Of a stretch of 64,000 nt of DNA, positions 11,736-21,064 are shown one piece after another. How positions within the stretch are numbered: position 1 is the stretch's first letter; every line of letters begins with the position of its first letter. The stretch is taken from NCBI GenBank assembly GCA_965644495.1, contig CBFFSA010000012.1, forward strand, positions 62,001-126,000, in the 5' to 3' direction. The DNA is from Perkinsela sp. CCAP 1560/9 (lineage: Eukaryota > Protista > Euglenozoa: Kinetoplastea). Position numbers and translations under genes: made by a program. The notes beneath the pieces were generated by a model. The model had not been told where the DNA came from and did not search any database. It saw only the letters and a list, made by a program, of their open reading frames with translations.

Positions 11736-13817
11736 ATGAGTACCAAGGTGTTAACCCGTCTGCGTGAGGAAGCTACTGAAATTAAGCATGACCTTGCTTG
11801 TGGTGATGTTTCTCGTCAGCGGCACGCCGTGCAACGTTTGATTCATCAAATTTCTTTCTCATTCGAAAGCAGTGCCTTCTTGCATCTTCAGGACACTGTG
11901 CGATTAATATCCCGTGCTCCAGCTGACCTACGTAGCCAAATTTACTTGTATCTTGAGATTAGTGCACCGCACGATCCGGAAAAACTACGAGCCTTGGCAC
12001 CTACCCTCTGCCGGGAGCTAGGTCAAGATAATCCCATACTCAGGGCCCAACTGTGGAGAATTTTAGGTATACTTGCGCATCAGTCACTTGTAGATGTCTT
12101 AAACAGCTACATTGTGCATTGTCTACGCAGTGAAACCAATACGCATGTCCTTCGTTCCGCACTTCTAGCATGCTCACGATTTACCGCGGTCGCCTTAACC
12201 GAAGTTACGCAACGTGCATGGGTGTCAAAAATTCGAGACCTTCTTCTCAGTGCGAAGCAACCTTCTGTAATAGCAGCAGCAGCGTACGTCCTATTTTCTG
12301 TGTGGCAACAGAAAGAGAACACCAAAGATGTGAGTTATGAAGGATGTACAGAAGAAGAGTGTCAAATTTTAATTGAGGCCTTGGACCACTGTGATTCATG
12401 GGACCAGTGCTCAATTCTTGGCTATCTTCAATCACTCGAAATTGACGCTGTTAGTTCTGAGTTGCTATTAGAAAAAGCATGTACACGCTTACATCATTCC
12501 AACGGAGGCGTTGTAATGGCCGCTGTGCGACTAGCTATTCATGCACTGTTATCTCGATCTACTACTAATGATATCAAAAGGAGTACATATACCGCTCGAC
12601 TTGTGGATGCATTTTTAGCTATGGCGCTTCTGAGTTACGAAGATGACACTAAATTCGCAGCATTGCATTTTTTAGGCTTGTTGTCGCGTTATCTTCACAA
12701 TCACAGCTTGTCATCCAACGATCTACAAGCTTTGTTACCGAAAAGTCAAGATACTCCGTCTGTTCAAATTGAGAAGCTATCTCTCCTAGTTAGATTTTCT
12801 CGTCCAGACGACGTACTTCCAATATTGAACCCAATTCTAAGGTGGAGTCACTCACCAGAACAAAGTGTGGCAATTCACGCCATATATTCGTACGCGTGGG
12901 TAGGACTTCGTTGGGAAGGTCTTCGTTCGACAGTGTTTCAAGGACTCATTGCTTCTCTGGAACACTCAGCCGAGAATGGTGTAGTTTTAGAAACCGTCTT
13001 ACATGCGCTTGTCGATCACTTGCGTCGTTACCCTAGCCTATATGTAAAATCTGTCGCGTCAGTTTGCTCCAAAGTTGCGGAATCCATAGCTTCTAGTGGA
13101 ACAGTGGGTCGGATTTCATTCTTATGGCTCATCGGTAGCTTTGCCAAAGCCTTTGGGGAATCTGCATTTTGCAATATTGAACTAGTTGCGGAGCACTGTG
13201 AACCTTTATGCGTTGAAGAACAGCTTGCCCTGCTCACAGCGACTTCTAAATTATACGTTTCTGCTCCTTCGACTCAAATACAAGATTATCTTTATAGCTT
13301 ACTCCAATTACATGCGGATAATGACAACATTGAACTACGCGAAAGAGCTCTATTTTACTGGCGCCTTCTTACAGTGGAAGACACCAGCGTACGCTCTTCC
13401 TTATTTTTGCAGAACGGTATCTCAACAGACCCACCTCGGGCGTCCGACTCTGAAATTCAAGTACTCGAGAAGAATCTTTTTAGTTTCGGAGACAATAGCT
13501 GTATTTTGGGATGCAAAATCTCTTGTTGCAGGGAAAAACGGTCTGACCTATCTTTACGCTCATCGGACCGTAAGATCGGCTTTTGTTCCGTACTTTATCC
13601 ACGTCAAACAGCACTGAAACAACCCCTTCTTCACAGCAGCGATATAGAGCAACTTAAAGCGTATTATCAGAAAAGAGTAAAGGTGCAAACTGCAGTCCCA
13701 GCTATTGAAAACGGAAACTTTGGCAACACATCATCATTGGAGAACGAGCAGCAGCTTGAGATGACATCAACGAAAATAGACAAAAACATCATTGACCTAG
13801 ACTCCTTATTATTATGA
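11736..13817 (+). CDS. Adaptor protein complex beta subunit (divergent beta-adaptin)
   Basis: HEAT-like trunk; RLHHSNGGVVMAAVR, LWLIG, LALLTATSKL and ELRERALFYWRLL match beta-adaptin motifs. Confidence 0.8.
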   Translation: MSTKVLTRLREEATEIKHDLACGDVSRQRHAVQRLIHQISFSFESSAFLHLQDTVRLISRAPADLRSQIYLYLEISAPHDPEKLRALAPTLCRELGQDNPILRAQLWRILGILAHQSLVDVLNSYIVHCLRSETNTHVLRSALLACSRFTAVALTEVTQRAWVSKIRDLLLSAKQPSVIAAAAYVLFSVWQQKENTKDVSYEGCTEEECQILIEALDHCDSWDQCSILGYLQSLEIDAVSSELLLEKACTRLHHSNGGVVMAAVRLAIHALLSRSTTNDIKRSTYTARLVDAFLAMALLSYEDDTKFAALHFLGLLSRYLHNHSLSSNDLQALLPKSQDTPSVQIEKLSLLVRFSRPDDVLPILNPILRWSHSPEQSVAIHAIYSYAWVGLRWEGLRSTVFQGLIASLEHSAENGVVLETVLHALVDHLRRYPSLYVKSVASVCSKVAESIASSGTVGRISFLWLIGSFAKAFGESAFCNIELVAEHCEPLCVEEQLALLTATSKLYVSAPSTQIQDYLYSLLQLHADNDNIELRERALFYWRLLTVEDTSVRSSLFLQNGISTDPPRASDSEIQVLEKNLFSFGDNSCILGCKISCCREKRSDLSLRSSDRKIGFCSVLYPRQTALKQPLLHSSDIEQLKAYYQKRVKVQTAVPAIENGNFGNTSSLENEQQLEMTSTKIDKNIIDLDSLLL

Positions 13818-14169
13818 GAACAGTGACTACGGTTACTTTCGTATCATAAAGCGCATGTACATTTCCTTATAAACGTATTTCCTTACAAATTGCATTGTAT
13901 GCTACGGTCTTTTCTTATCGTTCGTTCAATAGAAAAACAACGCAAAACTCATGAGAATATAGGTTACAAGCAAATTTGTTGAAGCTGCGAGCAGTCTGTT
14001 TACAAGGAGTCGACTATCTACGTGTTCCGTAATTTTTCTCCATGTTTTTATCTCTCGATTATATTCACGTAGAATAAATTGTGGAGTAAATGTAGAATAA
14101 ATTATGAAATATAAATTAGAAAGCTAGAGAACTCTAAATAAAGTTAACTTAATAAATTACAGTATTACG

Positions 14170-16635
14170 ATGCTTTGCGTTTGTCGGCTTCACCACAACT
14201 TGAGCACAAAGCTCTACGGACATCGCCTAAGAACAAAGGTAAAGGGATGGGTTCCGCGTCTTTCTAAGACCACATCCAAGCAGCGCAATCTTGTTGAGTC
14301 GTCTCCTACTACCCAAGCATCAGAATCCTTCACAGAGAACGGTACAAATAATACCCCTTCCAGCAGTCGTTCCCTCTGCAATCAAGAGAAACGTGACCTT
14401 CACATCGCCGAAATCGCGGACGCCACTTTTCGCAAAGGGGTGCGCCACGTAGGCGTCAGCCGCAATATTACATACCTTCCCGAGGGAAACCCCGCGGTTC
14501 CGGAAGTCGTGTTATGCGGCAGCGTCCCCAGCGGAAAGAACAACCTCCTTCGAGCGCTTTTTAAAAAAGGCAGCGCCGCTGCGAACCGTGCCCGACGTCC
14601 ACTGTTTTGTTACGCCATGAACACGTTTTTGGTCGGGGAGAGTTTCTACATCGTCGACACTCCCGCCTATGGGGGTCGCTGGGTGAGCTGGAGCACTGTC
14701 CTAGAACATGCGTGTTTGATTTACAACTTCATTCGTTTTCGCCCCAATGTGCGACAAATTTATTACTGTGTCACCCCGACGGGGAACAACCGACTGGCGG
14801 TACGCGACATGGACATGCTGCAGTTTATGCAACGTGATCTCCCGGTGGGAAGTTTCACCGTGCTGCTGACAGGGTGCGAAAAATATGGCGCCGATCCCAT
14901 GGAGATAACTTTGCAGCTACGGGCAAAAGGAGTGGAAGTTCCAGTCATTGCATGCGGTACCAAGACGTTAGGAGGGATGGATACACTGCGGTTCGATATG
15001 GTGAACCACTGCGTGCGTACGATTCCCACCTCCATGCTTTCGGCTCGGGAATTCCGTCGACTTTCTCGGCGTATGTTAAGCGCGAAAGAGTTGGCAGCGC
15101 TTCCGCAGATGAAGGAACGACCGAGGCTCCCCCCGCCACTCAGTACCGCACATGAAAGGGCGTGGCAATGGGATTGGTTCGTTCAAAGGAACAAAGATTT
15201 TCTTTTGAACGCGTCTTCTGTGATCGATGAAATGAACCCTCAGTTAGTCTCGAGCACTACAATGGGCACACGGCTTGACGAAGAAACAAGCCACGTCGTA
15301 ACTGACCCAGCACGTGAATCACTTCCTCACCCCGTAACCAACGAAAGGAACACAACTCCTGTTGCGCAGGAATTATCCTCCCACGACACTCTCCTCCCCC
15401 ATATCCTCACCCCCACAGATACAACTCTCTCACAAGCACCTTCCAAAACACATGTACCCGGGACCACTGCACCCCCTACCCCTACCCCCGTCACCCCTAC
15501 CCCCTCTTGCACCACCACTCCCTCTACCCCAACTTCCCTTACCTCTACCCCTACCACCCTTATCCCTACTCTCCCTCCCTCTACCCCCACCATCCCCACC
15601 TCTACGACGCTTACCACTCCCTCTACCACCCCTACGACTATCACCCCTACCTCCACGACTCTTATCCCTACAACTCCCTCTACCCCAACTTCCCTTACCT
15701 CTACCCCTCCCTCTACCCCTACTACTCCCTCTACCCCTACGACTCTTATCCCTACCTCTCCCTCTACCCCTACCTCTCCCTCTACCCCTACGACTCTTAT
15801 CCCTACTTCCCTTACCCCAACAACCCCCACTCCCCCTACGACGCTCATCCCTCCTCCCCACACCGCTACCCCCCCCACGACGCCTGCCCCCACACGCACC
15901 TCCCGCACGCCCCCCTTCACCCCCCTCGCCCGTGCCCTCCGCAAGCTCACCTCCCTCCCCTACCTCACCACCCTCCACGCCCTCGCCCCCCACCGCAACC
16001 CCCTCACCGCCTACCCCCCCCACCTCCAACCCACCCCCTCCCCCCGGCGCAACCTCACGCGCTGCCCCGGCGACCCCACCAACCCCTACCTCACCCACCC
16101 CCAGGTCGTCGCGGCCCGCGCCGACCTCGTGTGGAGGGCCGTGCCAGGGGACAACGCGGTGCGGCGCCTCCAGGGGGGCTACGTCGTGGAGGGCGGCAGG
16201 AGGGGGAGGTACGGGGGACACGAGGAGGGGGGAGGGGGGGAAGGAAGGAACCGGGTGGGGCAGGGGGGGAGGAACAGCAGGGTGGGGGGATGGAAGAGGT
16301 ACACGTTGCCGTATTTTCCCGAGATTGTGGCGGTGTCGTTGCGACCGAGTGCGGTGGCGACGGAGGCGGTGGGGCATATGGAGACGAATTTGGGCGCGGG
16401 GAGGGGGAGGAGGGGAGGGGCGAAGACCCCGACACGGGCGTTAAGGCTCACTGCGGCGATGGTGAGTGGTTTTGTGGATGTACATGGGCGGTCGTTGAAA
16501 GAGCCGTATTTGCAGCATCCAGCGGTGCAGGAAAGCTTGCGGAGGGAGTTGTCTCGGGAAGGGGGGCTGCTTCCTTGTGGCGAGTCCGCAAACGAAGAGG
16601 GAAAACAAAACTGGAATGCCATTTTGGAAGATTAG
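14170..16635 (+). CDS. EngB/YihA-like GTPase-domain protein with a Thr/Pro-rich repeat insert, probably mitochondrial
   Basis: PEVVLCGSVPSGKNNLLRAL (G1-like), VDTPAYG (G3), VLLTGCEK (degenerate G4), GMDTLR; basic N-terminus resembling a targeting peptide. Confidence 0.65.
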   Translation: MLCVCRLHHNLSTKLYGHRLRTKVKGWVPRLSKTTSKQRNLVESSPTTQASESFTENGTNNTPSSSRSLCNQEKRDLHIAEIADATFRKGVRHVGVSRNITYLPEGNPAVPEVVLCGSVPSGKNNLLRALFKKGSAAANRARRPLFCYAMNTFLVGESFYIVDTPAYGGRWVSWSTVLEHACLIYNFIRFRPNVRQIYYCVTPTGNNRLAVRDMDMLQFMQRDLPVGSFTVLLTGCEKYGADPMEITLQLRAKGVEVPVIACGTKTLGGMDTLRFDMVNHCVRTIPTSMLSAREFRRLSRRMLSAKELAALPQMKERPRLPPPLSTAHERAWQWDWFVQRNKDFLLNASSVIDEMNPQLVSSTTMGTRLDEETSHVVTDPARESLPHPVTNERNTTPVAQELSSHDTLLPHILTPTDTTLSQAPSKTHVPGTTAPPTPTPVTPTPSCTTTPSTPTSLTSTPTTLIPTLPPSTPTIPTSTTLTTPSTTPTTITPTSTTLIPTTPSTPTSLTSTPPSTPTTPSTPTTLIPTSPSTPTSPSTPTTLIPTSLTPTTPTPPTTLIPPPHTATPPTTPAPTRTSRTPPFTPLARALRKLTSLPYLTTLHALAPHRNPLTAYPPHLQPTPSPRRNLTRCPGDPTNPYLTHPQVVAARADLVWRAVPGDNAVRRLQGGYVVEGGRRGRYGGHEEGGGGEGRNRVGQGGRNSRVGGWKRYTLPYFPEIVAVSLRPSAVATEAVGHMETNLGAGRGRRGGAKTPTRALRLTAAMVSGFVDVHGRSLKEPYLQHPAVQESLRRELSREGGLLPCGESANEEGKQNWNAILED
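15470..15890 (+). repeat. Low-complexity C-rich coding repeat (CCCTCTACCCC-type, encoding TP/TTP/STP)
   Basis: Directly visible degenerate repeats. Confidence 0.85.
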
Positions 16636-16800
16636 TTTTAGTCCGTGCAACGTGCATTGTGCATAGTGTATACAGCTGTTTATTGTAGTAGTGATTTATT
16701 TTGCATTCATTTTTCATTTTTTTCTTCTCTAACAAACAGAATCGAACCTATATCGGCACTACAATCCAGACATTGTTTCCTAAACCTCTTTCCATATTAC

Positions 16801-17658
16801 ATGACCCCTATCCTTCCTGTATTCACATACGAACCTACCCCTTCACACTCCCCAGGCAGTCGGCTCGGGAAGGCACGTCATACGATGCTCCCTCCAGAGA
16901 CCTCACTGCTGCTTTTCCTCCAGCACGTCCACGAGAATCTTCACCACAGCTGGAAGCCCTCCCAGAGAGCCTGCACGTGGCGGCACGTCGCCTGTGATGC
17001 GGACCAGCGTGTGGTGCGACTGATATGGCACTATTTAATGCTCCGGGGTAACCTCACGTGGCACCACCTACCCTCCACCGTGCGCTATCTCCATCTTACC
17101 GGGAATGAACTCCGAGGGGAGGTGGAGCTACGGTGCCTGGGGGAGGAAATGACCAACGCGTTTTTGAATTTGAACTCATTCGCCGGCTCCCTGGATCTAG
17201 GCTCGCTACCACCCAGTATGGAAAACTTTTTCGGTTCCCAGAATGAGTTTCAAGGGGAGCTCGACCTCACATCGCTTCCGGCAAAATTACAAAACCTTCA
17301 CCTCGGGAACAATCGGTTCCATGGCACCGTGGACTTGGAGCACCTCCCTCGGTTGCTGCGTAACCTCCATCTAGGGGATAACGCGCTCTCTGGGCGAATC
17401 TCCCTGTTACGACTGCCTCAAACCCTGCATGGACTCTATCTCCACGGGAACGATTTTGTCGGAGGGGTGGATGTCTCACGACTCCCTCCGTATTTACAGG
17501 AATTAGGACTTCAGCGGACGCGGTTGTTGCCGTTTCCCGAGTATGCGCGTTTAAAACCTGCGCAGCATATGAAAACGGGGCCCTATGAGGAGCCGAGGAT
17601 TTCGGTAGGCTTTGTTACGATACTTGCCGTAGTTGCCGTCTTGTGTCATTTGCTGTAG
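16801..17658 (+). CDS. LRR protein with a C-terminal hydrophobic tail
   Basis: CTWRHVAC cap, about 7 LRRs, C-terminal VGFVTILAVVAVLCHLL. Start codon uncertain. Confidence 0.85.
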   Translation: MTPILPVFTYEPTPSHSPGSRLGKARHTMLPPETSLLLFLQHVHENLHHSWKPSQRACTWRHVACDADQRVVRLIWHYLMLRGNLTWHHLPSTVRYLHLTGNELRGEVELRCLGEEMTNAFLNLNSFAGSLDLGSLPPSMENFFGSQNEFQGELDLTSLPAKLQNLHLGNNRFHGTVDLEHLPRLLRNLHLGDNALSGRISLLRLPQTLHGLYLHGNDFVGGVDVSRLPPYLQELGLQRTRLLPFPEYARLKPAQHMKTGPYEEPRISVGFVTILAVVAVLCHLL

Positions 17659-18764
17659 GGAGCATGGGGATGAGAATGAGCAGTTTTAGCAATTCGCATG
17701 TGAAACTCTAACGCCTCCTTCTTTGGTATCGTCATTTTTCGGTTTGACCTCTAGTGGTAGAAGGTTGTTCTTTCAATGCTTCTTACTGAGGAAACGCTGA
17801 TTCGTCGAAAATTTGGAGTATTCTGTGTTGTGTGTGATGCTCTGTAAAGGACGTGCGCACCGATTCGTTTCCTGAATTCGTTTCCTAAATCTACGATTGT
17901 CAATCATCAAAGATTCCGGGTCACCTGCGCTCAAATTGTACAAACAAAAAAGAACTGACCACTTCGACTACTTTTCAATTTAAAATCGTTCTGAGTACCA
18001 TAAAACAATAATTCCCGAAATTTGAAAGATTGGAGCCCATTCAAAATCACTAGAATATTCTTTAGAATTACATGTATGACAGCGCAGCAAGCTCACTGGG
18101 GGGTAAACTGGGATTTTAGTAGATCTGGGTGATTTTCATCAACTCCAAGTTCCTTCATTAAGACGAAATCCACACCCCTGAAAGCAGCTGGAGGAAAAAT
18201 CACTAACTACTTGATCTAAGCTCTTCTCAAGGAATAAAAGTAGCAATCACTACTTTTTAAATAGTAACTTTGGTAATTACTATTGCGGTGGTTGTAAAAC
18301 TACCGCTCTACCCTCGATTATTGAAAAGAAAAATTAAAAGTGAACAATGAAAATATAAAGAGGAATACAGTAATAAGGAAAAAAATATAAAAGGGGGCTC
18401 CGGTGGTCCAAAATTGAAATAAAAATTGAAAAACAATGGGGGGTCTAGGGGGGGTATACCGCACGATCTTTTTTTGAAAAAATTATTTTTCGAAACAAAC
18501 TCGCAGAAGGGGTGGCCGGGGTCTTGGCGCGCATTTTCCACCCCCCACTCGCACCCTTATCTGTCATATAAGCCGCACCCTTATCTGTCATAAACCAATT
18601 AAAAAAAAGGCGACCCCTTAAAAAAAATTTCAAGGCCTAAAAAAGATTTCAACCCCTAAAAAAAAAATCGACCCCTAAAAAAAATTTCAACCCCTTCCAA
18701 AAATTTACAATTTTGCTACACAGTTAACATAAAAAATAGGTAACCTCAATTGTGCTTCCGGTGA

Positions 18765-18910
18765 GGCCCCGGAGTTGCGAGAGGCCTCCATACCCCACAA
18801 CTACCACCTTCCCCCCTATTTAGCGGGGGTCGCGCGAGCGACCCCTGATAAATGGGGGGAAGGTGGTAGTTGTTTTGGGGAATATGAGAGGCCGAACGCA
18901 CGGAGGGGCC
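18765..18910 (+). ncRNA. Candidate structured RNA: ~146-nt rod-like hairpin capped by a GCGA tetraloop
   Basis: Nested pairs GGCCCC/GGGGCC, TGCG/CGCA, GGCCTC/GAGGCC, CATA/TATG, a 20-bp ACAACTACCACCTTCCCCCC arm with its complement, ATTTA/TAAAT and GGGGTCGC/GCGACCCC. Confidence 0.4.
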
Positions 18911-19395
18911 GGCCGGGCCAATGAGTCACGTCAAAGTGTGACGCTGAGTTCGTGGGAAGCAATTTGCGAAGCCCTAGGTGATGATCAGTTGTATTGGACG
19001 ACACCGAGACAAACCACAGAAATCCCGGATACGACAAGGTCTAGATATCATAAAGAGAGAAAAAACCGGAGCTGTGGACGCGAAAAAGAAGCCCAATTGA
19101 AAAAGTATGAATTTTTTGATACTAATTATTGAGATCAAACTTGCACGCCCAAGGGATCTCTTTTGGGAAATTTCATAAGGAAAGCACAAATGAATAAACA
19201 ATCGAGTTTTATATAATATTTCGCACAAAAGCTTTACTCCATTGTATCAAGATTGCGCACGATTTCCAAGGTGCTAACAATCGCTTCTTCACCAGCAGAT
19301 GAAACTGCTTCATGAGAATTCTCAGAGTCGGGAGAGTCATACAAGAGCGGAGGGCGACACTTTAAAATCTCTTTGTGGAGGCTCAGTGGGGATGT

Positions 19396-19955
19396 TCGAT
19401 GTTCATGCGCTCGTTGGCGCAGAGATACAGCCCTTGATGCGACAACCGATATCATCGGCACAATCCGTAATGACGGATGTCGCACCAAGGGGATTAGCAC
19501 GGACTCTGTCGGTAGAGGGGGTCCAGGCAACTCGCCCTCTCTTTACGCAGCCGGAGGGGCACACTGCAACCGACTCGGTCCCAGTCGGTAGAGGTGGTCC
19601 AGGCAACTCACCACCTCTTTACGCAGCCGGAGGGGCGCACTGCAACCGACCGCTGCCTCGCGATAAGACGAGGCGGAGCCACGCCCAGTGGTCTTCAAGG
19701 GAGGTCACCATGGCGCATGGCTCCCCGGGAAGGAAAGGGCGCGAAAGGAAGAAATCCGGGGAGGGAAGAAAACTCGCTCAAAGAGTGAGCCGGGGAGGGG
19801 TGATGGGGTGGAAGCGCGTCCCCTACTTTGCCGAGAAAGAGGGACAGTTTCGGCCTTAGTGCCGGCCGGCAACGGGCATATGAACAGTAAGACTATGCCC
19901 GTTGCCGGGGAAAGAAAAGATAAACAAGGTACAGAAACTGTATCTTTATAGCGTT
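19396..19955 (-). mobile_element. SL-headed non-coding retroposon (SINE-like) inserted in the IS30 transposase 3' end
   Basis: Starts with AACGCTATAAAGATACAGTTTCTGTACCTTGTTT; ends with ATCTC-TGCGC-CAACGA-GCGCA-TGAACATCGA, a motif shared with the LINE 3' end; no credible ORF. Confidence 0.75.
19922..19955 (-). other. Spliced-leader exon copy
   Basis: Matches the kinetoplastid SL core AACGCTAT...ACAGTTTCTGTAC...TTG; not followed by a GT-starting SL intron. Confidence 0.8.
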
Positions 19956-20879
19956 CCCAAGAACTTCTTTTGGACGCTCATTTATTTCAAATGCAACGCG
20001 GCGCACCTCTTCCTGCGACTGGGCAAGAAACGGGAGCTTTTTAGGATAATAGTCGCGCACTAGGCCATTAAAATTTTCAACGCCCCCCTTCTCCCAGCTC
20101 GCATACGGCTTGCAGAAAAAGGAAATGCAGTCATACGCCTGGTTGATTATCTCGTGCTTTGCGAATTCCGTACCATTGTCGTATGTAATGCTTTGCACAC
20201 GGTAGCCTTTGAGAGCTTCAACGATCATGTCAGCCACATGATCTGACTTTTTGTTCTCAAGTTTACGCAGTATTCCAAATCTACTCTTCCGCTCGATCAG
20301 GCTTAAAAGATATCCGCTGTGTTTGGCGCCTTCGATGAGATCAGCTTCCCAATCTCCATATCTCTCTCTGTTGTTTATTATCTCAGGGCGTTCAGAAATA
20401 TCTACACGATTTTGAATACGAAATCGATTCGAGCCACGGCGACGCCGACATCGGCGTGAGCCGCCACGGCGGAGAAAACGTCCCAAGTTTCCACCGTAGC
20501 CTTCATCTCGTTTTATAAAATTATAAATCGCCTTCCGAGATGTACTGATACCATGCTCCTTATTCAGAGTGACACTAATCTGTTGCGGGCTGTATCGCCG
20601 TTCCAGAAGGCTGGTCACTAGTCCAGTTACTTCGCCGTCTACTTTCCGGTGGCGGACCAAGCGCTTTGACATTGTATTCTTCGCCGTTCGTTCGGCCAAG
20701 CGAGGGTCATACACGTTTCGCTTGCAGCCCCGCTTCAATTCACGGCTGAGTCCTGACTGCGTAATCCCTACTTGTTCTGCAATCTCCTCCTGTGACATCT
20801 CTCCGTTATTATATAACAATGCGATATGCGACCGATGAGTTGAATCGATGCGTGTGCTGACTCTACCTTCCACCGTCAT
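19956..20879 (-). CDS. IS30-family DDE transposase, with its extreme C-terminus displaced by the retroposon
   Basis: N-terminal HTH (SQEEIAEQVG...SRELKR), SPQQIS, ISERP, GDWEAD, ERKSRF, SITYDNGTEF, PYASWEKGGVENFNGLVRDYYPK, INERPKEVLG. Confidence 0.92.
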
Positions 20880-20905
20880 TCACAGAAAATTAACAAAAAA
20901 TGTAT

Positions 20906-21064
20906 TATGACAGATAAGGGTGCAGTATGACAGATAAGGGTGCCTTATGACAGATAAGGGTGTATATGACAGACAAGGGTGCATTATGACAGATAAGGGT
21001 GCATTATGACAGATAAGGGTGCATTTATGACAGATAAGGGTGCATTTATGACAGATAAGGGTGC
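20906..21064. repeat. Subterminal array of 8 x TATGACAGATAAGGGTG (19-21-bp period); 2 inverted copies at 18551-18592
   Basis: Counted directly; spacers are only 2-4 nt. Confidence 0.95.

Noticed and set aside
15327-16688. Long overlapping ORFs in alternative frames and strands (also 33517-35025)
   Set aside because: Artefacts of extreme C/G skew and stop-codon scarcity; low-complexity translations.
18600-18700. Telomeric repeat (TTTTAGGGG-like)
   Set aside because: Irregular ~20-bp period and located inside a transposon.
19845-19865. Hammerhead ribozyme near GGCCGAAAC
   Set aside because: No CTGATGA/CTGANGA core in the required position.
19922-19955. True SL RNA gene (also 57656-57683)
   Set aside because: No GT-starting SL intron or T-tract terminator follows, the 5' end is clipped, and there is no tandem array. 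Better explained as retroposed exon copies.
19956-20879. Bacterial contamination
   Set aside because: The gene is nested in a host repeat with visible empty sites and is interrupted by an SL-headed insert.
20906-21064. CRISPR-like array
   Set aside because: Spacers are only 2-4 nt, there are no cas genes, and the motif recurs inverted at the other end of the element, so these are transposon subterminal repeats.
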